Source: the human T2T-CHM13v2.0 reference genome, Homo sapiens. Taken from it: a stretch of 64,000 nt of DNA. A program made the position numbers and the translations under genes. Shown here piece by piece: positions 27,930-40,471 of the stretch. Numbering within the stretch: the stretch's first letter is position 1; each line of letters begins with the position of its first letter. Location: NCBI RefSeq assembly GCF_009914755.1, contig NC_060930.1, one strand, 5' to 3'. Below the pieces are notes generated by a model. The model ran no database searches. It worked only from the letters and a program-made list of their open reading frames with translations, and was not told the origin of the DNA.

Positions 27930-29160
27930 TTATCTGCTTGAGCAGATATGTTATGTTTTGAAATAGCTACAGCAATATCTGATGAGCACCAAATGAGAAA
28001 AACAATACTATTGGAATTCAGAGAAGAGAGATAACTTCCCACAAGTGCAATTAGGAAAATCTCATGGAAGAAGTAGGATTTGAGTGAACCTTAGAAAATG
28101 AGTATGATTTTCATAACTGAATTAGAGAGGGAGGGTATTTCAGGGAGAAAATATAATAAATATAAAAGGTAAAAGCTATAATCAAGCAATATTAAGAAAG
28201 CCAGAGTAAAAGCCACATTAGTCCCCGGCTTACATTCCAAGAGCCCCCGTGGATGGCTGAAAATTTGGATGGTAACAAACTATATATACCATGTTTTTTT
28301 CCTATATCTTCATACCTTTAATAAAGTTCAATTTATATATTCGGCACAGTAAGAGATTAACAACAATAACTAATAATAAAATCGGACAATTATAACAATA
28401 TACTAAAATAAAAGTTGTGGGAACATGGTCTTTCTCTTTCTCAAAATATTTTATTGTACTGTAGATCTTTACAACATCAGCAAATGATATTTTTCCTTTC
28501 CTTATTAAGTCAAGAACTTTTATCTTTTTACTTAAAGGAAGAAGCTGATGGCTTCTCTTTGGCGTATCTGAATTTCCAGCATCACTACTCTTGCACTTTG
28601 GACCCCCTTTTAAGTAAAATAAGAGTTATTTAAATACAAACATAACAACACTGATCTGATAACTGAGACAGCTACTAAGTGACTGATGGGTGGGTAGGGC
28701 ATACAGCATGAATATGTTGGACAAATGTTCATGTTCTAGGCGAGTCAGAGCAGGACAGTGTGAGATTTTATCATGCTACTTAGGATAGCCACAATTTGAA
28801 ACTTCTATGTAATATTTTTAGACAATGCTTGACTGCGGGTAATTGAAACTATGGAAAGAAGAATTGTAGATAAGGAGGGACTACTGTATATGTAGGAAAA
28901 TAACTAGATATGAGGCTTGGTAACTAGATAGAGAACATACTGTGGATGAAGACATAAAATGGTGAACTAAGAAATCTCAGTTTGATGTTGTGAGCATTGT
29001 AGAGTTATTAAAATTTTTTACTAGAGAAGATATCACAGTGAAACTACATTTTTAGGATAATTAATTTGGCAGTAATATAAATAATGGATTTGAGAAGTAT
29101 CATAGACAATTTAGGAGAAATTTCCATTATCAAGTCATGAAATAATTACTTCTAAATAAA
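27930..29160 (-). mobile_element. L2 fragments (split by MER44)
   Basis: catggaagaagtaggatttgagtgaaccttagaa; ttttaggataattaatttggcag. Confidence 0.55.
28216..28886. mobile_element. MER44 (Tigger7-derived) DNA transposon
   Basis: tagtcccc ... gataaggagggactactg-TA termini; gcacagtaagagattaacaacaataac core. Confidence 0.85.
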
Positions 29161-29909
29161 GGTGGATTATTAGAGTGCTGTAAAGGACAACATACTGAGT
29201 ACCAAGTCAAATGTACTGCAATCAAAACAAAGAGCAGCCTGGTCAGGGTTTATTTAGTTCATGGCCCCAGAATTCTGATCAGGGAAGACTGGGACCAGGA
29301 TAATAAAAATACATCAAGTTGGATAAAAGGCTGGAATCTGGAAATGAAAAAAAGATCAAGGTCACTGATTACCACAGATATGGGCATGATTCCCAAAGGC
29401 AAACAAATTCAGGAGACACAGCTTATAGGCAGGATGTGAGTATCATTAGCCAAACTGATAGACTATCAAGATTGCAGATTTTAGAATAGAGAGGCCATAC
29501 ATTCATTTATAACACAGCTAGTGTTGAACAAAATTTATTAAGTGAATATATTGGACCAAATGTTGGCCCTAACCTAAGATAACTTTTCTCATTATGTAGT
29601 AGGAACAATGTAAAGTGGTGCTTGCAGAAGCAATGGAATAGTAATGTTTTCTTATTGTCACACATTTCAGATTGAATACAGACAGTCCATAAATCTGAGC
29701 ACTGGTACTGGAAGCAGGAGGGACAAGGGGATGAGGAGTCACTTCAGGGAGGTGAAACTTAAAAGGTTTGTATTACAACTTAATTCATGAATTTCTATCA
29801 AGTGATAAATAGTTTGCATGTTTTTTGACAGCCAGTCATTTTTTTAATCAAAGAAAGGTTTGGTCCATATTCTAAAGCATATTAAGATTATGCAATTTTG
29901 AGTTTTTTC

Positions 29910-30108
29910 TTTTTTCTTTTTTTTTATTTTGAGACAGAGTCTTGCTTTGTCGCCCAGGCTGGAGAGCAGTGGTGCAATCTCGGCTCACTGCAAACTCCGC
30001 CTCACGGGTTCACGCCATTCCCCGGTGCCTGCCACCACGCCCAGTAATTTTTTGTGTGTGTGTGTGTGTGTTTTTAGTAGAGACAGGGTTTCACCGTGTT
30101 AGCCAGGA
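29910..30108 (-). mobile_element. 5'-truncated AluY with internal deletion
   Basis: ttcacgccattc and caccgtgttagccaggatg; TSD tgagttttttc. Confidence 0.9.
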
Positions 30109-30253
30109 TGAGTTTTTTCATTCTTAATCTAGAAATGTTTTCTGTTGTAAGATCTCTAACATGAAGAACCAAATATACCAATAAGCCTAGAAGACACACA
30201 GAGAAATAAAGAGAAGAGTGGGTTAGAGGAGGGTGTGGGGATGGAGGAAGAAA

Positions 30254-30255
<2 letters not shown>

Positions 30256-30284
<29 letters not shown>
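30256..30284. repeat. (TG)n microsatellite
   Basis: About 14 TG units. Confidence 0.95.
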
Positions 30285-30286
<2 letters not shown>

Positions 30287-31284
30287 GGGGCAGTCTTTTA
30301 TATTAAGTCAAATAAATCATTAACAATACAAATATAAGAGAAGCACAATTTGCAGATATAAAGAAAATGTATATAAGATATATTTCCTCCTCAAAAGGAT
30401 ACTCCCAAAATTATTTTCATCGCTACTGGATTAGGTAGGATATCACCAAATAGAATATTATCAAGTGATAAAAATTCTTTGTAAATTGTTTTCTTCCATG
30501 AGCATGTTGATTTGTTATATGATTCATAACTCTAATATACAGAAGCCTGGCGCCTGTGTCACTGAAGGGAGATTTTACATGCAGCACTGTGCCTTTGTTC
30601 CTTGAAAACTGTCAGCAGATACCGCAGAAAATAATATATGTTCTATTTGCCTTTAGGTACCAGGATACCAAAAATAAGATTCCTTCTTGTGTGTAAACTG
30701 AAATTTCTCTATGTGAGAGATCCAACAGCTTAAGGGTTCAGTGGCAAGAGAAACCGTTGATTATTAATTGATCACAGAACTACCCAAAAAGCAAAATGTA
30801 GCTATGGCAGTAGATTTCAAATATATGAACATCAACAGATACCTAATTCAACTAAAAGCAGGACAGTACATCTGTAATCACCATCAACACATCTCTATCC
30901 CTTTCTGAATTGCAACTCTTACTCGCCTATCCACTCTCAACACCCACCCATTCCCCAAAATAACCTTTTGCTTACGATCATCTCTACTGTTTTTTTCTGT
31001 CAAGTTTTCCACTTTGACCTCGCCTCTCATTTTGTTTTTTCAAATGTGTATAGTGTTCTTGTTAATAATGGACAGAGATATGTTATGCATGTAAAAGGAG
31101 CTTGTGTGTAAGATATTTAGGAAAGGTACAAATTCCAAGACTGAGTTGTTTTCTTGCATCTCCACCTCCATCTTGAAGCCCACTAGCACAGCATATTGCT
31201 CCACAAATAGGAGCCAATGTACTGAGTATGGAATGGTAAATTAAAGGAGAAAAATCTAAAAAGCTCTGACTCTCTGAAACTGCC

Positions 31285-31465
31285 ATCTCCTAAAATAATC
31301 ATGTGAGTCAGAATCTCCTGTGGAACATATTAAAAATATAGATTCCTTGGGATCTACCCCAACAGAGATTCTGATTAAATAGGTCTTGTGTAAAGTCCAG
31401 AAATGTAAATGTTTAACATACTCCCCAGGTGATCCTGATGCATGGTCTGCACACTGCAATCATTA
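31285..31465. mobile_element. MER5-type hAT element
   Basis: cagagattctgatt..tttaacatactccccaggtgatcctgatgca. Confidence 0.7.
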
Positions 31466-31666
31466 TTCCAGAAATTAGAGGAATAAATACTTCTATGTCC
31501 TAATTTGACTAACAACGAGTACTTGATGGCAGGATTGACAGTGATGGAAACTTGGAATAAAGGTCTAGGCAGTCATAAAGCCCAAGAAGAAATCAGGTCA
31601 AAGTTAGACCTCAGCCTTTAGGAATGTGGGTTTCTTAAAAGGTACAAGAAAAAATAGATTTAGATA

Positions 31667-31787
31667 CTGGGCATGGTGGCTCACACCTGCAATCCTAGTT
31701 CTTTGGGAGCCAGAGCTGGGAGGATCACTTGAGGCCAGGAATTCAACACAAGTCTGGGCAACATAGCAAGACCCTGTCTCAAAAAAA
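31667..31787 (+). mobile_element. FLAM / Alu monomer
   Basis: Single left monomer; TSD aatagatttagat. Confidence 0.9.
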
Positions 31788-32350
31788 GAATAGATTTAGA
31801 TTTTAGGAGCTAAAAAAATAAATAAATAAACTTGCATTACTTTTAGGTTCCTGCCAAATACACTGAAATACATTAGGTCCCATTCATTCCATTTCTGATC
31901 CACACCTGCCCACTCTTCCAGCTCTTTCACTATTTTTACCATTTACTACTCTAACAGCTCTTTAAAACCTAGTATATTGATCACTCTTTTCCCCATGTCT
32001 GTAAGACTCTACTAGCTTCACAGTCTTCCCATAGCTGCCTAAGCAGAGTCTTTCATTTCACAAGCCTATTGTCAACACACTCAAGTACCCTTCACTGTTG
32101 TCCACACCATTTGTTTCCCTAAAACCCCTAAACCAAGATGAACCCTACTCTGGTGCCTACTTCTCTGATGTACTGAACACCACTAAACAAAAACCACACA
32201 ATCATACATACTGATGCTCCCACAATACATGATCTTTCCCCTCAACTGGGCTTTTAACCCCATAGCAATTATTTTACATATTTCTGGTCCACTTTGTATC
32301 TTCTTCCTTTCAGTAGCTATCCCAAATCTTTATCAGTTTGGTTGAAGGTC

Positions 32351-32709
32351 TGATATGGTTAGGCTTTGTGTCCCCACCCAAATCTCATATTGAATTATAA
32401 TCCCCATGTGAGGGAGAAACCTGGTGGGAGGTGACTGGATAATGGGGGTGGATTCCCTTATGCTGTTCTCATGATAGTGAGCTAGTTCTCACGAGATTTG
32501 CTGATTTTACATGTGTTTGGCAAGTTCCTCCTTCGCCCACTGTCTCTCTTGCCACCTTGTAAAGAATGTGCCTCCTTCCCCTTCCACCATGTTTATAAGT
32601 TTCCTGAGGCCTCCTCCAGCCATGCAGAACTGTGAGTCAATTAAACCACTTTTCTTTATAAATTACCCAGTCTCAGGTATTTATAGCAGTGTGAAAATGG
32701 ACTAATACA
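32351..32709 (+). mobile_element. THE1D-like MaLR solo LTR
   Basis: tgatatggttaggctttgtgtccccacccaaatctc ... ggactaataca; TSD aggtc/aggcc. Confidence 0.9.
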
Positions 32710-33239
32710 AGGCCCCATTAATTTTCTCAGCACATAAAGTAAAATTCATCACATAGAAGCTACTTTAACTCTCCATCTCCCAACACATAAATGTCCATGT
32801 CTACATCTCTAGTCAAATACCTATACCTATAACCACAGCTGTGTTCATACTTTCCAGTTCCCTCCATCCCAGAAAAAAATAAATGCTTCTCTGCAAAGCT
32901 AATGGATTTATCCCATATTCCCTAAGATTTTCCCATTAATTTTATCTCTTTCATCCTTATCGACCTCTCTTTCTCCATTGTTCTTTCCCCTCAACATCTT
33001 CATGACTGTTCCATATTAAAACAAAAGTCTTCACCAAATTTATATCAGTCCCTAAAATAACCCCTTATTCCCCTTACTATTTGTTGGAAAAACTCACAAA
33101 ATAATAATTTAAGCTCTCTACTTTTCACATCTTCCATTTATTATTTAACCCCCCAAGTTCTGCTTGATTCCTATTCACATTGACCTTGCTAAGAAGCTTA
33201 TCTTTCATTTTGTTGCCTCTTTAATGGAGCTGTGAGCAT

Positions 33240-33430
33240 GACATTTAGAGTCAGACTATTCCCACTAATTGCCAACTGTGTGGCCTATATGAGTCTAGTT
33301 CTCTCCTCATGTAAAAGAAAGATGATAACAATATATATTTCATAAGGTGGTTGTAAGAATTACATGACAAAATGTGTTATAAAGTGCTTTACAACATAGT
33401 GTCTGACAAACAGTAAGGTGATGCAGTAAA
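33240..33430 (+). mobile_element. MIR SINE
   Basis: ttctctcctcatgtaaaa..ggttgtaagaattacatga..aaagtgcttt. Confidence 0.65.
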
Positions 33431-33516
33431 TGGTGGGTAGTATGGTGTTGATTCATGTGTTACACAGTTGTTATTGTTATAATTACTCTTACTATCTTAA
33501 CTATACCTTAACTCAT

Positions 33517-33680
33517 AGTTTCCCAAATGAATGCTTTAATGTGTTTGTTAAAATGAAGATTCTTGGGTCTCATCATAAGTGTAACAAATTATAATCTTTT
33601 GAGTAGATCCTAGTAATATGTATTTGAGAAGTTCCTTGAGTGATTGTTTTGCATACTGAAGTTGGAGATCCATGGACTTA
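33517..33680. mobile_element. MER5A-like element
   Basis: ttgttaaaatgaagattcttgggtctc..gtttggagatccatgga-type terminus. Confidence 0.55.
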
Positions 33681-33764
33681 TCCCCATTTGTTAAGGACCT
33701 TGGAATCAGATGGGCCTGAGATCAAGTTTATAGATAAAGCCTTGAGTAAATTACTTCTTTATTA

Positions 33765-33848
33765 TTAGGCTGGTGCAAAAGTAATTCAGGTTTTGGCCAC
33801 TTTTTTTAAGTAATATGGAAAACCACGATCACATTTCCATCAACCTAA
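33765..33848. mobile_element. MADE1 mariner MITE (inside a MIR)
   Basis: TA-ttaggctggtgcaaaagtaatt ... catcaacctaa-TA. Confidence 0.85.
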
Positions 33849-34880
33849 TAGCTTTAGTTTTCATGTCTACAAGAACAGCTTAGTATCATCAACTATACAG
33901 GGTTATCAAGAAGATAAAATTAGATGGTATTTATAAATAAGTAGTATAATGTATTTTATGTAGGCCGTTCACCAAATATTTACCATACTTCCCATTTTTA
34001 TCTTCAGGCATAAGGTAAAAACAATACTGATGCCCTATAGAAAGCAAATCCTATCACACCAGTTTACCTAACCCTAGGTTGTATCTGTGTAAATCTCCAA
34101 AGATATAGCTTTAGTTGCCTTAGTTACTGAGTAGTCTAGTAAGTATGACAGTAAATTAGAAGTCAACGGACCAGGAAAAAACTATAAACATGACAGTAAC
34201 TTAGAACCAATAGACCAGAAAAAAATTGAATGAAGTTAGCGTGTCAAATGTTATAAAATGTATTTAAGGAGAACATTTTGCCAAGTAGGGTTCACCTAAC
34301 AATGAATGCTGTTCATGCATGCATTGAAAATCTACAGTGTGATCAGCATTATGCTTCCTAATATGGGAAATTCACAGGAAGTTCCAAATGTGACCTCTAC
34401 CCCCAACGACATGATATTTAATTGAGTTATAAAAACAAAAAACACATGAAAATTTAGGATACAAATTTAAACCATGTTTTTATTGAATTAAAATATAATC
34501 AACACCATGTGTAAGATTGTATTATTAGCTAGAAGAGGTTCAGATGAATGCAAAGTTCCTTAAATATCTTAGAAACAGGTTGTCAAGAATGGTGTCTGCA
34601 CAGCTAATATAAGAGGTAACCCAGGGAGGAGGAGGAAAGGAATTACAGAGTGGGTTAATATGGAACTAGCCCCTTTCAAATTTCATTATTAGAATTTCTG
34701 TAGTAAAGCCCTTTTAAATTATCTCCTACTTTTATTGTTTCATTGTTCTAGGGTGTGTGTATGATTAAATTGTATGATTAAGTACTAAACTAAGAACCTA
34801 AATTTGTCTTTCCTATGATGAAAGAGAAAAAGCACTGTGGAAGTCTAGAGGAGTGCTCCATGATGAATTTGGGAGAAGAA

Positions 34881-36042
34881 AATGAAGACAATTGTGTTTG
34901 GGGCAGTCTTCACTGGAAGAAGTGTATAGGTTAGATTTGAAAGGAAGAGACTTTAAAACTAGTTGGCTATTATTACAGTAATAAAGTATGGAATGAGACC
35001 TTAAGTCAGGCTTGGATAGCTGAAACAAAGACAGTATTGCCCTCAAGCAAAGGAAACATCAGCAAAGGAACATGGTTAAGAATGTATATGGCATGTCCAT
35101 GGAATAATGAAAAGCTAGTAGGGCTTCAGTAGCTACCCAAAGTCATGTTAGGCAGAGAGGATGTGGCTGGACCTTGGAGAGACTAAGGAGCCTGGCAAGG
35201 GGTGAAGATTTTGTTCTATTGAAGTAGGATTTTGTTCTATTGAAGTTTTTTTAATGGCCAAGAAACAATGGTTAACAAATAGGATCCTATTAATCATATT
35301 GATTCATTCAATAACTAGTCACTGGCAATTAACATAGTCAAAGAAAAATGCTAGGCATTGTAGGAAATAAAATTGATTAAGACATAGTACACTGCTCTCA
35401 ACACCAGTCAAAAATGAGGGCATAAGATAACAAAAATAATTATAATCACAGTGGAATGTAAATTCTAGAAGGTAAATACATGACAATACTATGAAGGAAG
35501 TAGGTAGCCTATGAATGGTGGTAATTCATGATATTTAGCTGGGACCTTGAAGGATAGGTGTTATGTAGGTAAAGATAAGAAGAGAGGACTTCTGAGAGGA
35601 AAACAGTGCAAGCAAAGACTGTTCACTTCAAAAATATTGAATGCTTACTGTGTGCCAGGTCCTGGACTTTATACTGGGGTATAAAGACTTATCACTGTCT
35701 CTTCCCTTAAGAGCTTAACACAGAAAAGCAGAGTGCGAGTTCTCAGTGATACTTGGATAGTTCCATTCAGCTAGAGCGTGTATATAAGAGGAGGTAATGG
35801 AATGAAGCTGGAAAGACAAATTGAACCAATATTAATGAGAGTCTTAAATGCCAGGACAATATATACTCAGTTCTCCTGGGTATGGAAATAACTGAAGTCT
35901 GTTGTTAACAGTTTTTATCAGAAGGCAATGAAGACAATTGTGTTTGGGGCAGTCTTTGCTGGAAGAAATGTATAGGATAGATTTGAAAGGAAGAGACTTT
36001 TAAACTAGGTGGCTATAATTACAGTAATAAAGTATGGAATGA
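34881..36042 (+). repeat. 116-bp direct repeat pair (34881-34996 and 35927-36042)
   Basis: Ungapped alignment with 7 mismatches in 116. Confidence 0.95.
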
Positions 36043-36069
36043 TAATAGCCTGGGATAGCTGGTGACACC

Positions 36070-36310
36070 AGAGTAATTGTAAAAGCTCATATGTGTCAAG
36101 AATATGTTAATGCTTTAATCATTTGCTAAGGAGTTATGCAAATCATCTTGCTTACTCCTCATAATATCTCTTCAAGAAGGGTGCTGTAATTATACCCCAT
36201 TGACAGAGGAGTAAACTGAGCACAAAGACATTTTAAAAACTTTCCCATGTTTTACAACTAGTAAATGATGAAACTAGATTCAAGCATAGGCAGCCTCCAG
36301 AAACTGCTTT
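36070..36310 (-). mobile_element. MIR SINE
   Basis: ccccattgacagaggagtaaactgagcacaaaga. Confidence 0.75.
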
Positions 36311-37032
36311 TTACCTACTGACTATAGTGTCAAAAACAGCTATAAATTTTGAACTCATATGTCTAAATAAAAAAATAGCTCAATTAACAAATACAAAGAA
36401 GTTTAAACACTTTTTTCACTTAAAAACTTTATCAGCTAAAAAAAATATACCATTCTTTTTCCAAATTTCCCTCACTGAAAGGTTTAGTGGTTTTCAAATT
36501 CAATAATAGAATTTTAACAGCAGAATGTATCTCAGAGAATAACTCAAACCTCACAACTTTACAGAAGAGGGCATTGAGACCAAGACTAAGGGAATGCCCA
36601 AAGTAAAAGAGCTAGCTAGGGGTTGAACTCACATTAAAATCCATACCTCCTGTTTTCTTGTCACTATAGTATAGCACTCTGATTTTATCATATCATATTT
36701 CTATTATGTTTTTCATAGTGAGCATGGAAGATCACAATACTGAGTCACAAAGGGAGAGATTTTTACTTATAAATTACAGAAAGATGTGTGAATGGTTACA
36801 TATTTACTCACTAAAAAATCACAACAGTTAGTATATTAACAATTATGCCCATTATCCATTTTAGCAGTTTTGACACATGAATTCATCTTCCACAGTGGAT
36901 TTTCGGATAATGATGTCAAATTGTTCTGCTTCCATATTATAACAAATCCTTTGTGAGAAGATAGATCTGTGTACTACTTGTTACCTCGCAGTGATGAATC
37001 AGTATCAGCGAGTTTTTTAGAGGGAGGAGAAG

Positions 37033-37051
37033 AGTCCACCAGAGGGTGTCA
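37033..37051 (+). promoter_or_regulatory. CTCF motif
   Basis: AGTCCACCAGAGGGTGTCA, close to the CCACCAGRGGGCGC core, in non-repeat DNA. Confidence 0.55.
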
Positions 37052-37067
37052 TGCATTGTTGTCTTAC

Positions 37068-37150
37068 ATGTACATCTTTCCAGGAGAATTTCAACCTATC
37101 TTCTTTGATCACTACCAGGTGGTTTCCCCTTGCAGCTCCACAGTCCATCA
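37068..37150 (-). other. Candidate exon (83 nt) with an ATG in good Kozak context
   Basis: Minus strand gcttttattaccag|TGATGGAC...TACAT|gtaaga. Confidence 0.3.
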
Positions 37151-38098
37151 CTGGTAATAAAAGCATAACCAGACCAATTTGCTCTCATTTATTTTATGAA
37201 TCATTGCCAGACTCAGAAATAAAGAACAAAAGGAAGTGTATCCTTTTTTGTGTCTTTTGAAATTGAATGAAATATCAATGAAATATCTTCATAACATTAT
37301 GTAAGACAATGTCCTACATTGATGTGGGGCCAAAATAGCTTAAAGAACCTATGGCTTCAAAGCTAATGGAATGTGCCAAGAGGACCACAATATGAAAAGA
37401 ATGAACATACTGAAAGTCTCAGAAAGCAATGGGTTTTCTGTCAGGAACAAGAGAAATCCAAATAATTGGGAATATTTTGTCACTTATTTCCCCGTAATCC
37501 TACCTAGCCACAAGATAAAACAAAAATAAAAAGAATTCAGAAGTAAGAATAAAAATACATCAGCTAGTGAGGTTGGAAAGTGAAGCTTGATTCATTTCGA
37601 ATTCATTGTCCTAATGGATGAGCAAGTGATTGAAAATGAATGCATGAATAGCAGTTAACATCACTGGTAACAGGGAGACAGAGAAAGACAGAAGAAACAT
37701 GGAAGTGGGGTAGAATAAAGAAAATAAGGAAAGCAAATAAAAAAGTTTTTAAAGCGAAAGAAGGGGTAAAGAAAATGAAAGAAATTAAGCTGACAGGAAG
37801 AAACATATGAAATGCAGCTGTGATGCTCATTTGTTCTTCTTTTAAAATGTAAATTACTTCTGATTTTGAAGTCAAGGTCTGGATATTTTCCTGTGGAAAT
37901 ATAGCCATATACCCTCTAAATAGTCTCTCTTCCCCAAAAGAGAGAAAATTGGGAAAGATAACGTAGTTTTACTGTAAGCAATACAAAAAAATAGTTCTAA
38001 AAACCTCAAGGCATTTCAGTGTAAGTTGTCTGCAACAGACAACAGCCTCAAAACCCTCCAAATTTCCTAGCGTGAGACAGGCACCAAGCGGGAGACTT

Positions 38099-38113
38099 GG
38101 TTGCCTGGCAACC
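38099..38113. promoter_or_regulatory. RFX X-box in a CpG-enriched promoter-like patch
   Basis: Perfect palindrome GGTTGCC-T-GGCAACC; 7 CpGs within 38071-38180 against a CpG-poor background. Confidence 0.7.
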
Positions 38114-40127
38114 GCGCTCTTCACAGGCAGCTGGAGTAAAAGGAACCGTCTGGTGCCAAACGGCCTTTCACCTGCTTCGTTAAAGGGAAATCAGAGAGAA
38201 AGAGTTACCTTGCAAAGGCCAAAGCTCCCCATGAGAAACAGAGGCTTGAGAAACCCTCCTCTAGCTTCACTTTGGAAAGGCACTCCAAGCAGGGTGGGAG
38301 GTTTCTAATGCCTCAGGAATTAAGGATGCTTTTTCCTCCCCTCCCCCTGCTCTGGGTGCCACCCTGAAAATAACAGGCTGCAGGCTTGGTATTCTGACGT
38401 TGTATAGAGGGGAAAAGAAATCACTTTAAATCTTTTGCTCCATATTGATAAATTCTGAAGACTAGGGACATTGCTTACATCTCCCCATTATTTTTAAATT
38501 AGGTTTGCTTTCTGATAATACAAGGACTAATAAAGTGTTTTCATGAGGAAAAGAGAATTTGAAAAGGAATGACTATGAAAATAGTCTGTTTTTACATAAG
38601 TACCTGGGGATTGAAGTTATTCTGGAAATTTTACCTGGCTATTTTAGTGGAAATGTAAACAGTACCTAGAAGGGATTTCGTATAAAAAATGGTGAGGGTT
38701 GTCCAAAAGAATTTGTACAGCCCACTCCTAAAATGCAAAGTATTGCAATATACATCTTTGTGTAAATTTTAGCCTTTGCTAGAAAATACACAGTTTTTAA
38801 ATGGATCCTTAATGAGTAATTCCCAATTAGTCTGGCTCTTTCAAGGTCAAACAGTAAAATGTGCATGGAAATTGGGCAGATAGCTGCATAGTAGTCAGAA
38901 ACAAAGCACTGAAGTCAGCATTTACAGTGGCAGATTCCGGTCCTTGCACTGTCACTCAGCACAGCATTAATTTTGAGTTCTAATTTGGGTGACATAGATC
39001 TAACATATTTAGTGTTCTTTTGGAACTTTCCTTCAGATAAGATTCTAAATATAAAACAAAAAATGTGTCATGTTCAAACTTTTCAGGTTATACAAATTAT
39101 ATAAATTTATTTCAGTTTTATTCACTACCAGTAAGTACAATTATTTTTACTCCTTTCTATAGGACTTTGTTGACCTCATTCTTTTATTCTGTTGTATTTT
39201 ACTGAAATATGAATAATGGATATACATATACAAATATACACACACATATTTTATCCATCGCCCTACTCCACCTCCAAAGTTGAAGAGTAAATATGTTTTT
39301 CATTCTCCACATGACTTCTCCAAGGGAGTCTTCTATTATTGTTAGTAACTATACAATTGTCCAGTGTTTCCACAATAAGCTATTATTGAATGGGATTTTT
39401 TGGGAAGTCTTCATTTACAAAATTATACTGGAAGATAATTTATTTTCTTTTACGTTAAAAGCCTGGCACCATAACTCCTTTAGGGAAAAGAAATTTAAGA
39501 TAGAAGGTGAGCCCCTGAGGCTATGGGTTAGCCCACAGGTTCTTAATCTGGTCTACACATTAGAATTACCTAGGGAGCTTTCTGAAAGCACTGATTTCTG
39601 CCCCCCTTCCTCCACCAAGGCTGTGATCTTGATTCCACATCTGGGTCAATTCTGTGTGAAACAGCATCAGTATGTGCACATCAGCTTCTAAGTTAATACT
39701 GGTTGAAAAGTTTTAAAGTTGTCTTATTTTCTGGGAGATGGACTTTAGGAGACTAGCTACAGCGCTGCAGAAAAAATGAGCAGCATTTAATGTTATGTGT
39801 GCCTAGTGGCTTTTCCCAACACCCGTGTCTCTCTCTATTCCTGTGCTCAAGCAGCCTTCCATTCTAATGCTACATCTTAATATTTAATGTGCTAAAAAAG
39901 TTAAAGAAGTGATTAATGTTAATAAAAAATATTCTAAATTATGTGGAAATACAAGTAGTAAAGCAAATGTTAGCTCTTACCGTTAGCCCACAGCCAAGTT
40001 ACGTTTTGGTAACTAGAGGAAGAGGGTAATGTTTTGGCTATATTAGCTATAGTACACACAGAGTTGATTAAAAAAAAACAGAGTCATTTTTGCCTTAAAA
40101 CCATATACATATTTTCTTAATGTGTAG

Positions 40128-40471
<344 letters not shown>

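Noticed and set aside
36990-37060. GTGATGA C-box suggesting a C/D snoRNA
   Set aside because: No suitably placed CTGA D-box or terminal stem
37084-37247. Plus-strand open exon candidate ending at a U12-type donor GTATCCTTT (37238)
   Set aside because: RTATCCTTT occurs many times in this window (e.g. 25165, and on the minus strand near 20180, 30396, 43159, 45850), so it is not discriminating; no matching U12 branch site found
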